IMG/VR virus record: IMGVR_UViG_3300012943_000033
Coordinates: 6,641-70,640 of that record
DNA: 64,000 nucleotides
Direction: 5' to 3' (one strand)
From: a virus
Lineage: Duplodnaviria > Caudoviricetes
This document shows positions 24,349 to 34,565 of this stretch, one piece after another. The translations under genes were made by a program, and so were the position numbers. The number at the start of each line of letters is the position of its first letter. Position 1 is the stretch's first letter. Below the pieces are notes generated by a model. The model searched no databases. It saw only the letters and a program-made list of their open reading frames with translations, and was not told where the DNA came from.

Positions 24349-25174
24349 GGTAAAGCGCCCAGACCCGGTTGGGATGGGCAAACCCCTCACACCTAGCGCC
24401 GCTGTACGTTCGTGGTATGAGAGCCAAATGCTGTCTGTGGTGAACCCGATGATCGCGGACTACAAGAAAGAATTGGCGGCAGCGTTTGCCCACCCGGACG
24501 TGGCGAAGATGTACGCGATGGATGATGCTGCGGCATCCACGTTCCAGCGGGCACTCCGGGCGCTGAACAAAAAGTGGAGCGAGATTTTCAAGGGCTTCGC
24601 TGCCCAACTTGCCCCAGAGTTCGTGGACAAGGCCGACGCCCACTCAAAGTCCAGCACCTGGTTCAGCCTGAGCGCGGCAGGCGTCGAACAGCCGCGCCAA
24701 CAGTACACCGACTCAGTGTCCCGTACACTGGAAGCCTCCGTCAGCTACAACAGCACGCTCATCACAGGCATCCAAGAGGAGCTACACGAGAAACTGTACA
24801 ACTCCGTCATGCTCTCCCTTACCTCGCCAAACCCGGAGGAACAAGGCATGAGCGGGATTGCCAACGCGCTGAGAGAGGCAGGCATAACCTCCAAGGCCCG
24901 CGTGGACCTGATCGCCCGCGACCAGAATAGCAAGCTGAACGCCTCTCTGGGTACGGAGCGCATGCGCCAGAACGGCGTGGAGTTCTTTGAGTGGATGCAC
25001 TCCTCCGCAGGCAAAGTGCCGCGCCAATCGCATCTGGACAAGGACGGCGAGATTTTCGCTGTGGATGACCCTCGGCTCTGGGAAGGCCCCAAGGCCGATC
25101 AAGGCCCGCCCGGTTGGGCGATCAATTGCAGATGCAGGGCGAAACCGCTCATTGGATACTACAAGGACGATTGA
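24320..25174 (+). CDS. Head morphogenesis protein (MuF/SPP1 gp7 family)
   Basis: LIARDQ.SKLN......R....G...F.W.HS....PR.SH...DG.IF....P......PG.AINCRC. Confidence 0.9.
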   Translation: MAFQARKTREVKRPDPVGMGKPLTPSAAVRSWYESQMLSVVNPMIADYKKELAAAFAHPDVAKMYAMDDAAASTFQRALRALNKKWSEIFKGFAAQLAPEFVDKADAHSKSSTWFSLSAAGVEQPRQQYTDSVSRTLEASVSYNSTLITGIQEELHEKLYNSVMLSLTSPNPEEQGMSGIANALREAGITSKARVDLIARDQNSKLNASLGTERMRQNGVEFFEWMHSSAGKVPRQSHLDKDGEIFAVDDPRLWEGPKADQGPPGWAINCRCRAKPLIGYYKDD

Positions 25175-25176
25175 CC

Positions 25177-25596
25177 ATGACCACACGCAAGCAAGTTGAC
25201 GCAATGCACGGCCACTTCAAGGGCCGTCCCCTCTCCATGGACGACCAACAGCGCGCAGCCAATGGCCAGTTCGGCTCCGGCTCCGGCACGTCCTCTGGCG
25301 GTGGAGGCTCCAAGGAGAAAGAGGCCAAGCGTATCGCCAGCCTCCCTGCCAAGCCAGGTGCGAATGCTGGACACGAAGAGGTCAAAGCGTACAACAGCGC
25401 AGTCGCGAAGTCTCTGGGCATCAAGCCCACGAGCGCGAAGGCAAAGGCCACCGCCAAAAAGCTGGAAGCGGGCGCGGCAAAGGCCAAGGAAGCGAAGCGC
25501 ATCGCAAGCCTGCCGCCGAAGCCTGGGAAGAATGCGACCGAAGCGGAGAACAGGACGTACAACATGGCCGTAGCGAAAAGTATGGGCCTCGCGTAA
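25177..25596 (+). CDS. Lys/Ala-rich putative internal head protein with duplicated repeat
   Basis: SMDDQQRAANGQFG motif; two copies of KEAKRIASLPxKPGxNA...YN.AVAKS.G. Confidence 0.7.
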   Translation: MTTRKQVDAMHGHFKGRPLSMDDQQRAANGQFGSGSGTSSGGGGSKEKEAKRIASLPAKPGANAGHEEVKAYNSAVAKSLGIKPTSAKAKATAKKLEAGAAKAKEAKRIASLPPKPGKNATEAENRTYNMAVAKSMGLA

Positions 25597-25688
25597 CGGG
25601 TAGCGACGGAATTAAGACTTGATTGGGCGCTGCCACTTCCGCGTACACTCCAACCAGCACATAATATCGCGAACCCAGTACACGTAAG

Positions 25689-27206
25689 ATGCCAGCCGCC
25701 TCCGCCCGCCTACAAGACCCCAACGGCTTCCTGCTGGTCAAAGGTTGCCCAATTTCGTCTTATGGCATTTTCCAATACTCCGCAGGGCAGGTTGGGCTGA
25801 AGGACGGCGACCCTGATCGCATCATCAACGTCTTCCGCCCAGAGTCGGCAGTGACCGACCCAGGCCTCATCCAGAGCCTCCAGAACGTCCCGCTGATCAA
25901 CGATCACGAGATGCTGTCCGGCTTCGTGGATGATGAATCCGCGACGGCCCCAGAGGACTATGGGATTGACGGCGTCCTCTTCGATGTGTCGTACCAACAG
26001 CCCTGGCTTCGTGGTGACGTAAAGGTCTTCACGCGGAAGATGCAAAATGATCTGAACAATGGCAAGAAAGACTTGTCGTTGGGCTACACTTGTGACTTCG
26101 CCATGCAGGCTGGGGAGTTCAATGGCGTGCGCTACGATTGCATTCAGACCAATATGCGCGGCAACCACATCGCCCTTGTTGGCGCTGGTCGCGTGCCTGG
26201 TGCAAAGGTTCTTGACGGTCGCAGTGTCCTTTGTTACGACCACCTTGATCTCCACCCTACCCAAAAAGGAAGCCACATGGCAAAACGTAAGGCGTCAATG
26301 GACAGCGATGCAGTCGCCCAGCTGCGCGCCCAGCTGAAGGCCCTCCTCCCTGCCTTCGAACAGTTCCTGAACGAAGAGGCCACCGAGCCTGCACACGACC
26401 CGGCTGCTGTCGCTCCGCCTGCCGCTGCCGCCCCGGCTGCGCCTGCGGCTGTTGCAGAGCCGACCGATGTGGCCGTGGACCCTGCCGCTGCCGCTGCTGT
26501 GGCCCCTGCCGCTGCCGCTCCGGCTGCTGTGGCACCGCCCGCCGCTGCCGCTCCGGCTGCGCCTGCTGGCGACCTCCCGGCTCTGATCACCCAACTCGAA
26601 CAAGTCCTGACGCAGCTGAAGGCCGCGTGTGGCGGTGGCGAGGGCGGTGGAGAGGCTCCCCCAGAAGGTGGCGAAAGCGAGGGTGACCCCGCTCCGTCCT
26701 CCGAAGAATCACCAACCAACGAGGGCGATGACATGCCTGAAGCAAACGAAACCCCAGCGGAAGAAATCCCCGAAGGCGACGCCGTTGAAGGTCTGGCCGA
26801 AGACCCCAACAGCCAGATGATCAACGCAGACGAAGCCGCACCCGACAACGGTGGCACGGCATCGCCTGGCCCGGCTGCTGGCAAGCACTCCGGCAAGAAC
26901 ACCGGTGACGCAGCGATGCGCGCGGTGTACGCCGACATCGCTGCCAAGACCAAGCTGTACGACCGCCTGTCCAAGGTGGTGGGCGCATTTGACGGCGCCA
27001 TCGACATCCAGACGGCGACAGCCGCTGACGTTGCCTCCTATGGCGTCCAGAAGCTGAAGCTGAAGGCACCCAAGGGCGGCGAGATGGTCGCCCTGGACAA
27101 CTATCTCTCCGGGGTGGAAGCTGCGCGCCGCGCCGCTCCCGCCGCCAAACGTGCCGCCGACGCGGCCACCTCCGTGCCCGTGATCGACGCCTACTTCAAG
27201 GAGTAA
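25689..27206 (+). CDS. Prohead protease (DUF2213) with C-terminal scaffold region
   Basis: D.NGFL..KGCPISSYGIF.Y; P.INDHEML; LSLGY.C; NHIALV..GR..GA.V.D; Ala/Pro- and Glu-rich C-terminus. Confidence 0.9.
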   Translation: MPAASARLQDPNGFLLVKGCPISSYGIFQYSAGQVGLKDGDPDRIINVFRPESAVTDPGLIQSLQNVPLINDHEMLSGFVDDESATAPEDYGIDGVLFDVSYQQPWLRGDVKVFTRKMQNDLNNGKKDLSLGYTCDFAMQAGEFNGVRYDCIQTNMRGNHIALVGAGRVPGAKVLDGRSVLCYDHLDLHPTQKGSHMAKRKASMDSDAVAQLRAQLKALLPAFEQFLNEEATEPAHDPAAVAPPAAAAPAAPAAVAEPTDVAVDPAAAAAVAPAAAAPAAVAPPAAAAPAAPAGDLPALITQLEQVLTQLKAACGGGEGGGEAPPEGGESEGDPAPSSEESPTNEGDDMPEANETPAEEIPEGDAVEGLAEDPNSQMINADEAAPDNGGTASPGPAAGKHSGKNTGDAAMRAVYADIAAKTKLYDRLSKVVGAFDGAIDIQTATAADVASYGVQKLKLKAPKGGEMVALDNYLSGVEAARRAAPAAKRAADAATSVPVIDAYFKE

Positions 27207-27211
27207 CCCTC

Positions 27212-27817
27212 ATGCTTCAAACAACCGTCCGCCGCGCGTACACGAGCGGCTTCGCAGGTCAACTGCTGGAAGATGGCCCGCGCCGTGCGCGCCCGGCCCG
27301 CATCATGTCGTCCAACGGCCCCGGCAACTCCAACGCCATGGGCCGCGCGTTCGGCTACAATGCCGAAGTGTTCCCGCCAGTCGCGGATGCGAACGGCGTC
27401 GCATACGAAGCCACCGTGGTCCTGGGTGGTGAAGTGTTCTTCGGCATCCTCGGCCAGCCGACCAGCTACGCGCTGTATGGCAACGACACGCTCGGCACCC
27501 TGGGCGCCAGTGAAGAACTGCCGTATGGCGCACTCGGTGAATTCTTCGACATGGCCACCGCGCTGTGCGTCGAAATCTTCAACGAGAAGGACACCGCGAT
27601 CACGAACAACTTCGGTGATCGCATCGCGTACACCACGGTGGTTTCGCCTGCTGGTGTGCCGGTCGGTGGCCTGATCGCGCTGCCGCCCGACGACTCCGCA
27701 GCGCCTGCTGGCTACGTGGTCATCCCGAACGCACGACTGGTGCGCACCTTCGACATGGCGGCCTCTCCGGCTGGCGTGCCGGTGGTCGCTCTGAGCGTCA
27801 TCCAACTCACGCAATAA
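27212..27817 (+). CDS. Capsid decoration/cement protein
   Basis: Position between protease and MCP; FQTTV...Y..GF.G....DGP.R pattern. Confidence 0.75.
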   Translation: MLQTTVRRAYTSGFAGQLLEDGPRRARPARIMSSNGPGNSNAMGRAFGYNAEVFPPVADANGVAYEATVVLGGEVFFGILGQPTSYALYGNDTLGTLGASEELPYGALGEFFDMATALCVEIFNEKDTAITNNFGDRIAYTTVVSPAGVPVGGLIALPPDDSAAPAGYVVIPNARLVRTFDMAASPAGVPVVALSVIQLTQ

Positions 27818-27830
27818 GGAGCGGACAACC

Positions 27831-28964
27831 ATGATGCAACTCTCCACAACCCGCTCCCGTCTGTCGCCGCGCAAGGTCCGCGCGCTGTCGATGGACGCGA
27901 AGGACATCACCGCCGCAGCGGTGAATGAGCTGTCCAAAAAGTTTGGCATTGTCTTTGACCACTCGCTGGTCAGCGAACAGGTCAAGCTGCTGAATGGAAA
28001 CGGCGTTGGTGACGCGGCATTCGTGCCCGCCGCCACTGCCGGTTCCCTGCCCACTCCGGTCCAGTTCCTCCAGACCTGGCTCCCCGGCTTCATCAAGGTG
28101 ATGACCGCCGCTCGCAAGATCGACGACATCATCGGCATCAAGACCGTGGGCAGCTGGGAAGACCAGGAAATCGTCCAGTCCATCGTTGAACCCGCCGCAA
28201 CCGCGACGGAGTACGGTGACATGACGAACATCCCTCTGGCAAACTGGAATGTCAACTTCGTGCGTCGCTCCATCGTTCGCGGTGAGCTGGGCATGCAAGT
28301 GGGCCTCCTGGAAGAGGGTCGCAGCGCCGCCATGCGCCTGTCCAGTGCAGAGACGAAGCGCCAAGGCGCGGCAGTCGGCCTGGAAATTTTCCGCAACGCC
28401 TTGGGCTTCTACGGCTGGAATTCGGGTACCAACCTGACGTTCGGCTTCCTGAACGACCCCAACCTGCCAGCCTACATCGCCTCCAGCGTGGTCGGTGGCT
28501 GGGGCAGCGCGGCAGGCACGTTCCAGGGCATCACCGGTGACCTGCGCATGGCCATCGTGCAACTGCGCACCCAGAGCCAAGACCAGATCGACCCGGAAAA
28601 GGTCGACATGACCCTGGCGCTGCCCACCGGCAAGGTGGACTATCTGTCGGTGACCACCGACTACGGCGTGTCCGTTCGCGACTGGCTGACCCAGACCTAT
28701 CCCAAGGTTCGCGTGGTGTCGGCTCCCGAAATCGGCAAGGCCAACGCTGGCGCTGACGTCTTCTACCTCTTCGCGGAGGAAATCGACAGCGCCACGGACG
28801 GCAGCACCGATGGCGGTGAAACCTTCGTGCAGTTGGTGCAGACGAAGTTCATGACCCTGGGCGTCGAAAAGCGCGCCAAGAGCTACGTGGAAGACTATTC
28901 CAACGGCTCGGCTGGCACGCTGTGCAAGCGTCCCTGGGCCGTGGTGCGAGTCACGGGCATCTGA
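27831..28964 (+). CDS. Major capsid protein (DUF2184/PB1-like)
   Basis: [40 protein letters not shown]...CKRPWAVVR closely resembles the PB1-like MCP. Confidence 0.95.
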   Translation: MMQLSTTRSRLSPRKVRALSMDAKDITAAAVNELSKKFGIVFDHSLVSEQVKLLNGNGVGDAAFVPAATAGSLPTPVQFLQTWLPGFIKVMTAARKIDDIIGIKTVGSWEDQEIVQSIVEPAATATEYGDMTNIPLANWNVNFVRRSIVRGELGMQVGLLEEGRSAAMRLSSAETKRQGAAVGLEIFRNALGFYGWNSGTNLTFGFLNDPNLPAYIASSVVGGWGSAAGTFQGITGDLRMAIVQLRTQSQDQIDPEKVDMTLALPTGKVDYLSVTTDYGVSVRDWLTQTYPKVRVVSAPEIGKANAGADVFYLFAEEIDSATDGSTDGGETFVQLVQTKFMTLGVEKRAKSYVEDYSNGSAGTLCKRPWAVVRVTGI

Positions 28965-28982
28965 TCGCCTGCCGCAAGACCT

Positions 28983-29013
28983 AACGGGCGGCAGGGTTCT
29001 GTCGCCCGTTTTT
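28983..29013 (+). terminator. Rho-independent terminator after the MCP gene
   Basis: aacgggcggcag-ggtt-ctgtcgcccgtt followed by TTTT. Confidence 0.85.
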
Positions 29014-29089
29014 ACACCGGAGAACACTGGGACATAGTAGCATGCTTGTACGCGAACCGCGTGCCAAGTAACCAGAAGGAAACGCCAAA

Positions 29090-29551
29090 ATGACCAAGTA
29101 CGTTCTCTCCACGATGACCAATTCAGTTTCGTACCGGAACTACAAGTACATCGGTGACAAAAACGCCACCCAGAATCAGAGCCTCCTCCCCATCCCTGCC
29201 GACACGGTGATGATCCGTGGCGGTGCAAACCGACCCAGCCAAAAGGGCGGGTTTGGCGATACGGAGACGGACCCCAGCGGGAATATCCTGTGGACGCCGC
29301 GTGGCGTCGTCACGGCCCTGTCTGACGATGAATACGAACGTGTCCGCAACCACTGGCTGTTCAAGCAACACCTGGAAGCGGGCTATGTCGTGTTGCTGGA
29401 TGAAGACCTCTCCGGCAACCACAAGAAAGTGGCCAAGATCGCGGCCCAGATGGAAGGACAAGACCCTGGCGCCCAGCTGACCAAGGAAACGGTCGCCCAG
29501 CGCATCAAGGTCAAGACGCCCGACAAGGAAATGGACATCCAAGGGGTATAA
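29090..29551 (+). CDS. Conserved virion-module hypothetical protein
   Basis: YV.STM...V.Y.....I.GGA........TP.G.VT pattern; AGAAGGA RBS. Confidence 0.75.
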   Translation: MTKYVLSTMTNSVSYRNYKYIGDKNATQNQSLLPIPADTVMIRGGANRPSQKGGFGDTETDPSGNILWTPRGVVTALSDDEYERVRNHWLFKQHLEAGYVVLLDEDLSGNHKKVAKIAAQMEGQDPGAQLTKETVAQRIKVKTPDKEMDIQGV

Positions 29552-29554
29552 AGG

Positions 29555-30031
29555 ATGGCAACCGTCACCACGTCTCCGGCGTACAACGACGCCAATTTTC
29601 GCAAGATGTTCCCGGCATTCGCAGACACAACTGTCTGGCCAGAGGAAATGTTGGCGATGTACTGGGATATGGCGACGGATTTCATCAGCCCCGCTTGGTG
29701 CCCGTGCCGCATCCTGCGCGGCAGTTCGCTACAGCTTGCCCTGGACCTGATGTGCGCCCAGATCGCGATGTTGATGAACCCGAACGCAGGCGACCCGGAC
29801 GCGAGCGGTGGTGGCACAACCGGTGGCATCGTTACCAACGCCTCCATCGGTGCAGTCTCCGTTGGGATTGCCGCGCCTCCGACCAAGGATATGTGGGATT
29901 ACTGGCTCGCACAGACCCCGTATGGACAGCAACTCCTCGCCCTGCTCAAGCTGAAGGCTGTGGGCGGATTCTATGTTGGTGGCCTCCCAGAGCGTCTGGG
30001 CTTCCGCAAGGTTGGAGGGACGTTCTTGTGA
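29555..30031 (+). CDS. Head-tail adaptor (DUF4054-like)
   Basis: FR..FPAF; L.L..A.I..L; ..SIG.VSV; W..QTPYGQQ..ALL. Confidence 0.85.
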   Translation: MATVTTSPAYNDANFRKMFPAFADTTVWPEEMLAMYWDMATDFISPAWCPCRILRGSSLQLALDLMCAQIAMLMNPNAGDPDASGGGTTGGIVTNASIGAVSVGIAAPPTKDMWDYWLAQTPYGQQLLALLKLKAVGGFYVGGLPERLGFRKVGGTFL

Positions 30032-30402
30032 TCGTTCCAGGCTCCAACCTGCTCAAGATTGCCAACCGGCTGATCCGGTTCCAATCCGTTCAGTACATGA
30101 AGGCGAAGGCCCGGACGCTGAACGATGCGCGGCAGTGGGTGCCAGAATTTGAAGCCGCGTTCCCTCTCAAATGCTCCGTCCAGGCTGTGGACCGCAATTC
30201 CTACGGTGCGATGGGGCTGGACTTCAACGCGCAGTATGTCAACATTTTCGCGTCGCTGAACCTTATCGACCTGGAGCGCGATTCGAGTGGCGACCGCTTC
30301 ATCTACAACGGTTGGGTCTACCAGATGTCCAAGGGCCAGAATTGGCATTCGCAGGACGGCTGGGCAACGTGCTTGGCCACCAGGACGGTGCAGGCGACAT
30401 GA
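30028..30402 (+). CDS. Head closure/neck protein
   Basis: GTG start, MIVPGSNLL...SVQAV...DLERD.SGD.F...W..QDGW; PB1-like order. Confidence 0.75.
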   Translation: MIVPGSNLLKIANRLIRFQSVQYMKAKARTLNDARQWVPEFEAAFPLKCSVQAVDRNSYGAMGLDFNAQYVNIFASLNLIDLERDSSGDRFIYNGWVYQMSKGQNWHSQDGWATCLATRTVQAT

Positions 30403-30965
30403 AAGACAACGACCTGATCGCGTTTTTCTCTGGCCAGCTGGAGGCCGCAGTCGCCAAGGCTGGGTGGAGCTACACCGTGCTTCAGAACAACCAGCCTACC
30501 CAAGAGGGAGTGCCCACGGACCCCTTCGTGGCTTTCGACAAGCTGTTCGACAAGCAATATGGCTGGGCTGAGTCTTCGTACCTGCTGAACGCAATCTCCC
30601 CACCCGGCGCGGCCCTGCCAGACTTCGCCAACACGGAGCGGCAGTGGGTGGAGACTACCTTCCAGGTCACAGTCCTCGCACCCCAGGACGTTACGGACAC
30701 CACAAAACCCACAGCGTCGGACATTGCGCATTACCTGAAGCTGTACCTTAATGCACGCCGCACAATCGCCGTATTCATCGCGGCAGGCGCGGCCATACTC
30801 CGGGTCACGGACATTCGCAATCCGAAGTTCAAGGACGACCGCGACCTGTTCGAGATGAACCCCAACTTTGACGTGGTCCTGCAACACCGTAGGGTGATCG
30901 ATTTCAGCGTCCCAGGGTCGGATACAGTCATTGGCGAAATCATCGGCACAAGCGAGATGGTATGA
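30399..30965 (+). CDS. Tail terminator/gateway-like neck protein
   Basis: MKDNDLI...N.QPTQ.G; FEM.PNFD..L.H; position. Confidence 0.7.
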   Translation: MKDNDLIAFFSGQLEAAVAKAGWSYTVLQNNQPTQEGVPTDPFVAFDKLFDKQYGWAESSYLLNAISPPGAALPDFANTERQWVETTFQVTVLAPQDVTDTTKPTASDIAHYLKLYLNARRTIAVFIAAGAAILRVTDIRNPKFKDDRDLFEMNPNFDVVLQHRRVIDFSVPGSDTVIGEIIGTSEMV

Positions 30966-31465
30966 CGAAACCATTCGGCAAATCGGATATGGTGAAGGCC
31001 CAGATCGCCTCGCTCAAGAAGCTGAAAGGCATGAGCGTGGGCGCTGGCTGGTACTCCTCTGCCCGCTACCAAGCCGCCAAGGGCATCCCCGCGAAGATGG
31101 TGGGCATGCCAATTGCGATCATCGCCAAGATCAACGAATATGGTGCGACGATAAAGCGGGACACCTACCAAATCGTCATCCCAGCACGCCCCTTCATGCG
31201 ATACGCGGCGACGCAGGTGGCCAAGAAAGCCCCGGACGTTCAACGCTCGATTGCAAAGCGCATGGCCGCAGGCAAGCTGGACCCGCGTCAGGGTCTGGCG
31301 CAAATTGGTATGTTCATGGAAGGGGAAATCGTGGACAGCATCAAAAACGGAGGGTGGGAACCCAATGCGCCCTCTACCATTGCGAAAAAGGGTTTTGACA
31401 AGCCTCTGATCGACACCGGCCAGATGTGGCAGAGTGTTACGTCAAAAGTGTCTGAACCAAGCTAA
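30962..31465 (+). CDS. Tail completion/neck protein
   Basis: E.GA.....IPARPFMR...PNAPSTI.KKGFDKPLIDTG.M. Confidence 0.8.
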   Translation: MTKPFGKSDMVKAQIASLKKLKGMSVGAGWYSSARYQAAKGIPAKMVGMPIAIIAKINEYGATIKRDTYQIVIPARPFMRYAATQVAKKAPDVQRSIAKRMAAGKLDPRQGLAQIGMFMEGEIVDSIKNGGWEPNAPSTIAKKGFDKPLIDTGQMWQSVTSKVSEPS

Positions 31466-31480
31466 ACCAGGAGTCATCAA

Positions 31481-33001
31481 GTGATCAGCCAAAGTCGATA
31501 TATCAAGATCGTTTCCGGTGTTGGCGCAGGCGCTGTTGTTGCACAACGCCAACTGCTGATGCGTGCCATCACGCAGAATGCCGCCCTGCCACCGGGCCTC
31601 GTGGCCGAATTCGCCAACGCCGAAAGCGTGGGCGCGTATTTTGGCACCTCTTCGGAGGAGTACAAGCGGGCCTCCGCCTATTTCTCGTTCATCAGCAAGT
31701 CCATCACCAGCCCGCCGCGCATGTCGTTCGCGCGCTGGGTATCGGCTCCCATCGCGCCGATGATCGTTGGCGATACCATCGAGAAATCGCTCAGCACCTT
31801 CACGCCTATCACGGCAGGTACGCTGAGCATCCTGAGCGGTTCGGCCACTGTGGCCGTTGGCCCGCTGGATTTCTCCGCCGCAGTGGACCTGGTGGCCGTC
31901 TCCGCGATCATCCAGACCGCCCTCCAGGCGTCTGCGGACCCGCAACTGGCGACGGCAACGGTCCAGTTCAATACGAACACCCAGCAGTTTACGCTCACCG
32001 GCGCCACTCCCGGCTCAGGTTCGCTGTCGGCCATCGCCACCGGCTTGGAGACGGACATCAGCGACGAATTGGGGTGGACGACCGGGGGCACCATTCTGGT
32101 CGCGGGCCAAGGTGCCCAGACGGCAGCGACGGCGATTGGCGGCAGTTCGGACATCAGCAACAACTTCGGTTCGTTCGTGTTCTGCACTCCCGGCACGCCG
32201 ATGACCAACGACGACATCAAGGCCGTCGCGGAGTGGACCGACCTCCAGAACAACCTCTTCCTGTACTCCCTTTCGACGCCTCTGGCTAACCTCCAGACGC
32301 TGTTCGACCTGATCAAGGGCTACAGCGGGGTCGCCATCAACATCCTCTCCACCACGCAGGCCAACGACTACATCGAACAGTCGCCCTGCGAAATCCTCGC
32401 GGCGACGGACTATGACGCGCCCAACTCGTCCCAGAACTACATGTTCTACCAGTTCCCCAAGCGGAACATTACGGTGAGCGACGACAACACCGCCAACACG
32501 GTGGACAAGGCGCGCGGGAACTACATCGGCGTCACCCAGTCGGCTGGGCAACAGATCGCGTTCTACCAACGGGGCATTCTCTGCGGTGGCAGTCAGGCCG
32601 CAGTGGACATGAATACCTTCGCCAACGAGATGTGGCTGAAGTCGGCCTTCACCGCCGCGTTCATGTCGCTGTTCCTGAACGTTCCCGAAGTGCCCGCCGA
32701 CCCGGTTGGTGAAGCGATGCTTCTGGGCGTGATGAACCCGGTGATCACCCAGGCCAAGGTCAACGGCGCAATCTCGGCTGGCAAGGCGATCAACGCAGTC
32801 CAGCAACAGTACATCACGCAAATCTCCGGCGACGGCAACGCGTGGCGGCAGGTCCAGACCCTGGGTTACTGGTTGAACATCTCGTTCTCCAGCCGCACGA
32901 ACCCGGACAACGGGCTGACCGAGTGGATCGCCAAGTACCAGTTCATCTACTCCAAGTCTGACGCGATTCGCGCCGTCATCGGCTCGGATGTGATGATCTG
33001 A
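31481..33001 (+). CDS. Tail sheath protein (DUF3383-like)
   Basis: 506 aa; MISQSRYI.I.SGVG; F....V..YFG..S.EY; NE.WLK; ...I.G...MI; marks a contractile tail. Confidence 0.9.
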   Translation: MISQSRYIKIVSGVGAGAVVAQRQLLMRAITQNAALPPGLVAEFANAESVGAYFGTSSEEYKRASAYFSFISKSITSPPRMSFARWVSAPIAPMIVGDTIEKSLSTFTPITAGTLSILSGSATVAVGPLDFSAAVDLVAVSAIIQTALQASADPQLATATVQFNTNTQQFTLTGATPGSGSLSAIATGLETDISDELGWTTGGTILVAGQGAQTAATAIGGSSDISNNFGSFVFCTPGTPMTNDDIKAVAEWTDLQNNLFLYSLSTPLANLQTLFDLIKGYSGVAINILSTTQANDYIEQSPCEILAATDYDAPNSSQNYMFYQFPKRNITVSDDNTANTVDKARGNYIGVTQSAGQQIAFYQRGILCGGSQAAVDMNTFANEMWLKSAFTAAFMSLFLNVPEVPADPVGEAMLLGVMNPVITQAKVNGAISAGKAINAVQQQYITQISGDGNAWRQVQTLGYWLNISFSSRTNPDNGLTEWIAKYQFIYSKSDAIRAVIGSDVMI

Positions 33002-33026
33002 TTCCCAACGCACAAGGAGCGCACAA

Positions 33027-33491
33027 ATGGAAGAAATCAGTGTATTTGGCCTGACTGCGAACATCGTGGCCTCCAGCACGTTCCCCAACGGGTTCGTGGT
33101 GACGGCCTTCGCAGACGATGGCGACCCGCTGGACAGCGCCGATCTGGAAGTGGCCGACACGGGCATGGGCCCCAACGGCGACGGCCTGACCTGGAGCCGC
33201 CCGATGATGGTGGACTGCTCGATCAACGTCATTCCGCAGTCGCAAGACGACCTGAACCTCCAGGCCCTCGTGGACGCGAACCGGGTGGCCAAGGGCAAGT
33301 CCTGCGCCCGCGACATCATCGGCATCGTCTGGAAGTACCCCAACGGCATGACCGTCACCCTGTCCAGCGGCAAGCTGGTGTCTGGGCCGGTGGTTCCTTC
33401 GGGCACCAGTGCGGGCCGCATGAAGTCCAAGCGGTATTCGTTCCGCTTCGAACAGGTGTCGCGGCAGACCTCCAGCGCTGAAGTGGCCTGA
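33027..33491 (+). CDS. Tail tube protein
   Basis: IS.FGL.....AS.TFP.GF....FADD.DP; follows the sheath gene. Confidence 0.85.
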   Translation: MEEISVFGLTANIVASSTFPNGFVVTAFADDGDPLDSADLEVADTGMGPNGDGLTWSRPMMVDCSINVIPQSQDDLNLQALVDANRVAKGKSCARDIIGIVWKYPNGMTVTLSSGKLVSGPVVPSGTSAGRMKSKRYSFRFEQVSRQTSSAEVA

Positions 33492-33811
33492 TGTTTCTCA
33501 TCCCGTTGGCGCAGGTTCCGAATCAGGCGTTGTCGTTTAATGCCGACAACTCCCTTTGGACCATTCACGTTTACCAAAGCGCCAAATTCGTCTGCGCCGA
33601 TATTCAAATTGACGGCGAGCCGATATTCACGGGTGTGAGATGTTTTGGCGGCACGAAGCTGTTGCAATACGGTTACATGACCGCCCCGGATTTGGGCAAT
33701 TTCGTATTTGATGAAGATGCGGATTGGACGAATTTCGGGGCATCCTGCAACCTGTATTATTTGAGCAAAGCTGAATTGGCGCAATTCGAAGCCGCAATGA
33801 GGGCTTGGTAA
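33491..33811 (+). CDS. Baseplate component
   Basis: IPL..VPNQ.LSF; PB1-like order. Confidence 0.65.
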   Translation: MFLIPLAQVPNQALSFNADNSLWTIHVYQSAKFVCADIQIDGEPIFTGVRCFGGTKLLQYGYMTAPDLGNFVFDEDADWTNFGASCNLYYLSKAELAQFEAAMRAW

Positions 33812-34174
33812 ATGTCTACCCTGACGATTGATTGCGACAGCAACAACGACATCTCGCTGGTAGATGGCCGCAACATCGTCATGATTAGCGGGTCTGAAGC
33901 CTGCTCGCAAAACCTCCTCCAAAAGTCGCTGATGCGCCTTGGCGAGGACCAATATAACACGCAGGATGGTGTCGATTATTTCGGCGCCATCTTTACCCCT
34001 CAGCCGAATTACGACAACGCGCGGCAGTCTATCACGCGCAATTTGCTGGAGTGCCCGGATGTATTGAGTATTCAGTCGTTGACAATTACGATTGAGGCTG
34101 ACGTTTTCATCTACGTCGCCAGAGTCAATACCATCTATGGGCCGCTTTCTATCGAAAACACCGAAAGGGCTTGA
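33812..34174 (+). CDS. Baseplate wedge/sheath initiator (gp25-like)
   Basis: GE..YNT..GVDYFG.IF; I...V.TIYG. Confidence 0.7.
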   Translation: MSTLTIDCDSNNDISLVDGRNIVMISGSEACSQNLLQKSLMRLGEDQYNTQDGVDYFGAIFTPQPNYDNARQSITRNLLECPDVLSIQSLTITIEADVFIYVARVNTIYGPLSIENTERA

Positions 34175-34176
34175 TC

Positions 34177-34551
34177 ATGTCGCAACTCGTTGGAACCGTC
34201 ACCGGACACCGCTCCATCCTCTTCGGCCTGAAAGGCCCTGCCGGTCCTGGCAGTATCCTCCCAGTCAACACCGCCGACACCTTCGCGCCATCGGTCGGCC
34301 TGCCGCCTCCGGGCGCACCTGTTCAATTCATCACGGGATTCATCCCGCCTGCCGGTTCCGCCCCGGCTGCGGCACCGGCGACCAGTGAGGACACAGCAGG
34401 ATCAATGACGGCTGCGTCGGAGGAACCTGCTGTGGAGGGTAGTGTGGAGGAACCCGCCGCGACGCCTACGGAGCCGGAAACGGAGCCGGAGCCGGAACCC
34501 GAAGAAACCCCGGCTGAAGACCCGCCAGCTGAAGAACCTGCCGCAGGCTGA
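34177..34551 (+). CDS. Hypothetical protein with Glu/Pro-rich tail
   Basis: TEPETEPEPEPEETPAEDPPAEEP tail. Confidence 0.6.
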   Translation: MSQLVGTVTGHRSILFGLKGPAGPGSILPVNTADTFAPSVGLPPPGAPVQFITGFIPPAGSAPAAAPATSEDTAGSMTAASEEPAVEGSVEEPAATPTEPETEPEPEPEETPAEDPPAEEPAAG

Positions 34552-34565
34552 AAGGGTGGGCGCGC

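Noticed and set aside
32015-33952. 645-aa minus-strand ORF across the sheath, tube and baseplate genes
   Set aside because: Shadow ORF produced by GC3 codon bias; no domain signature.
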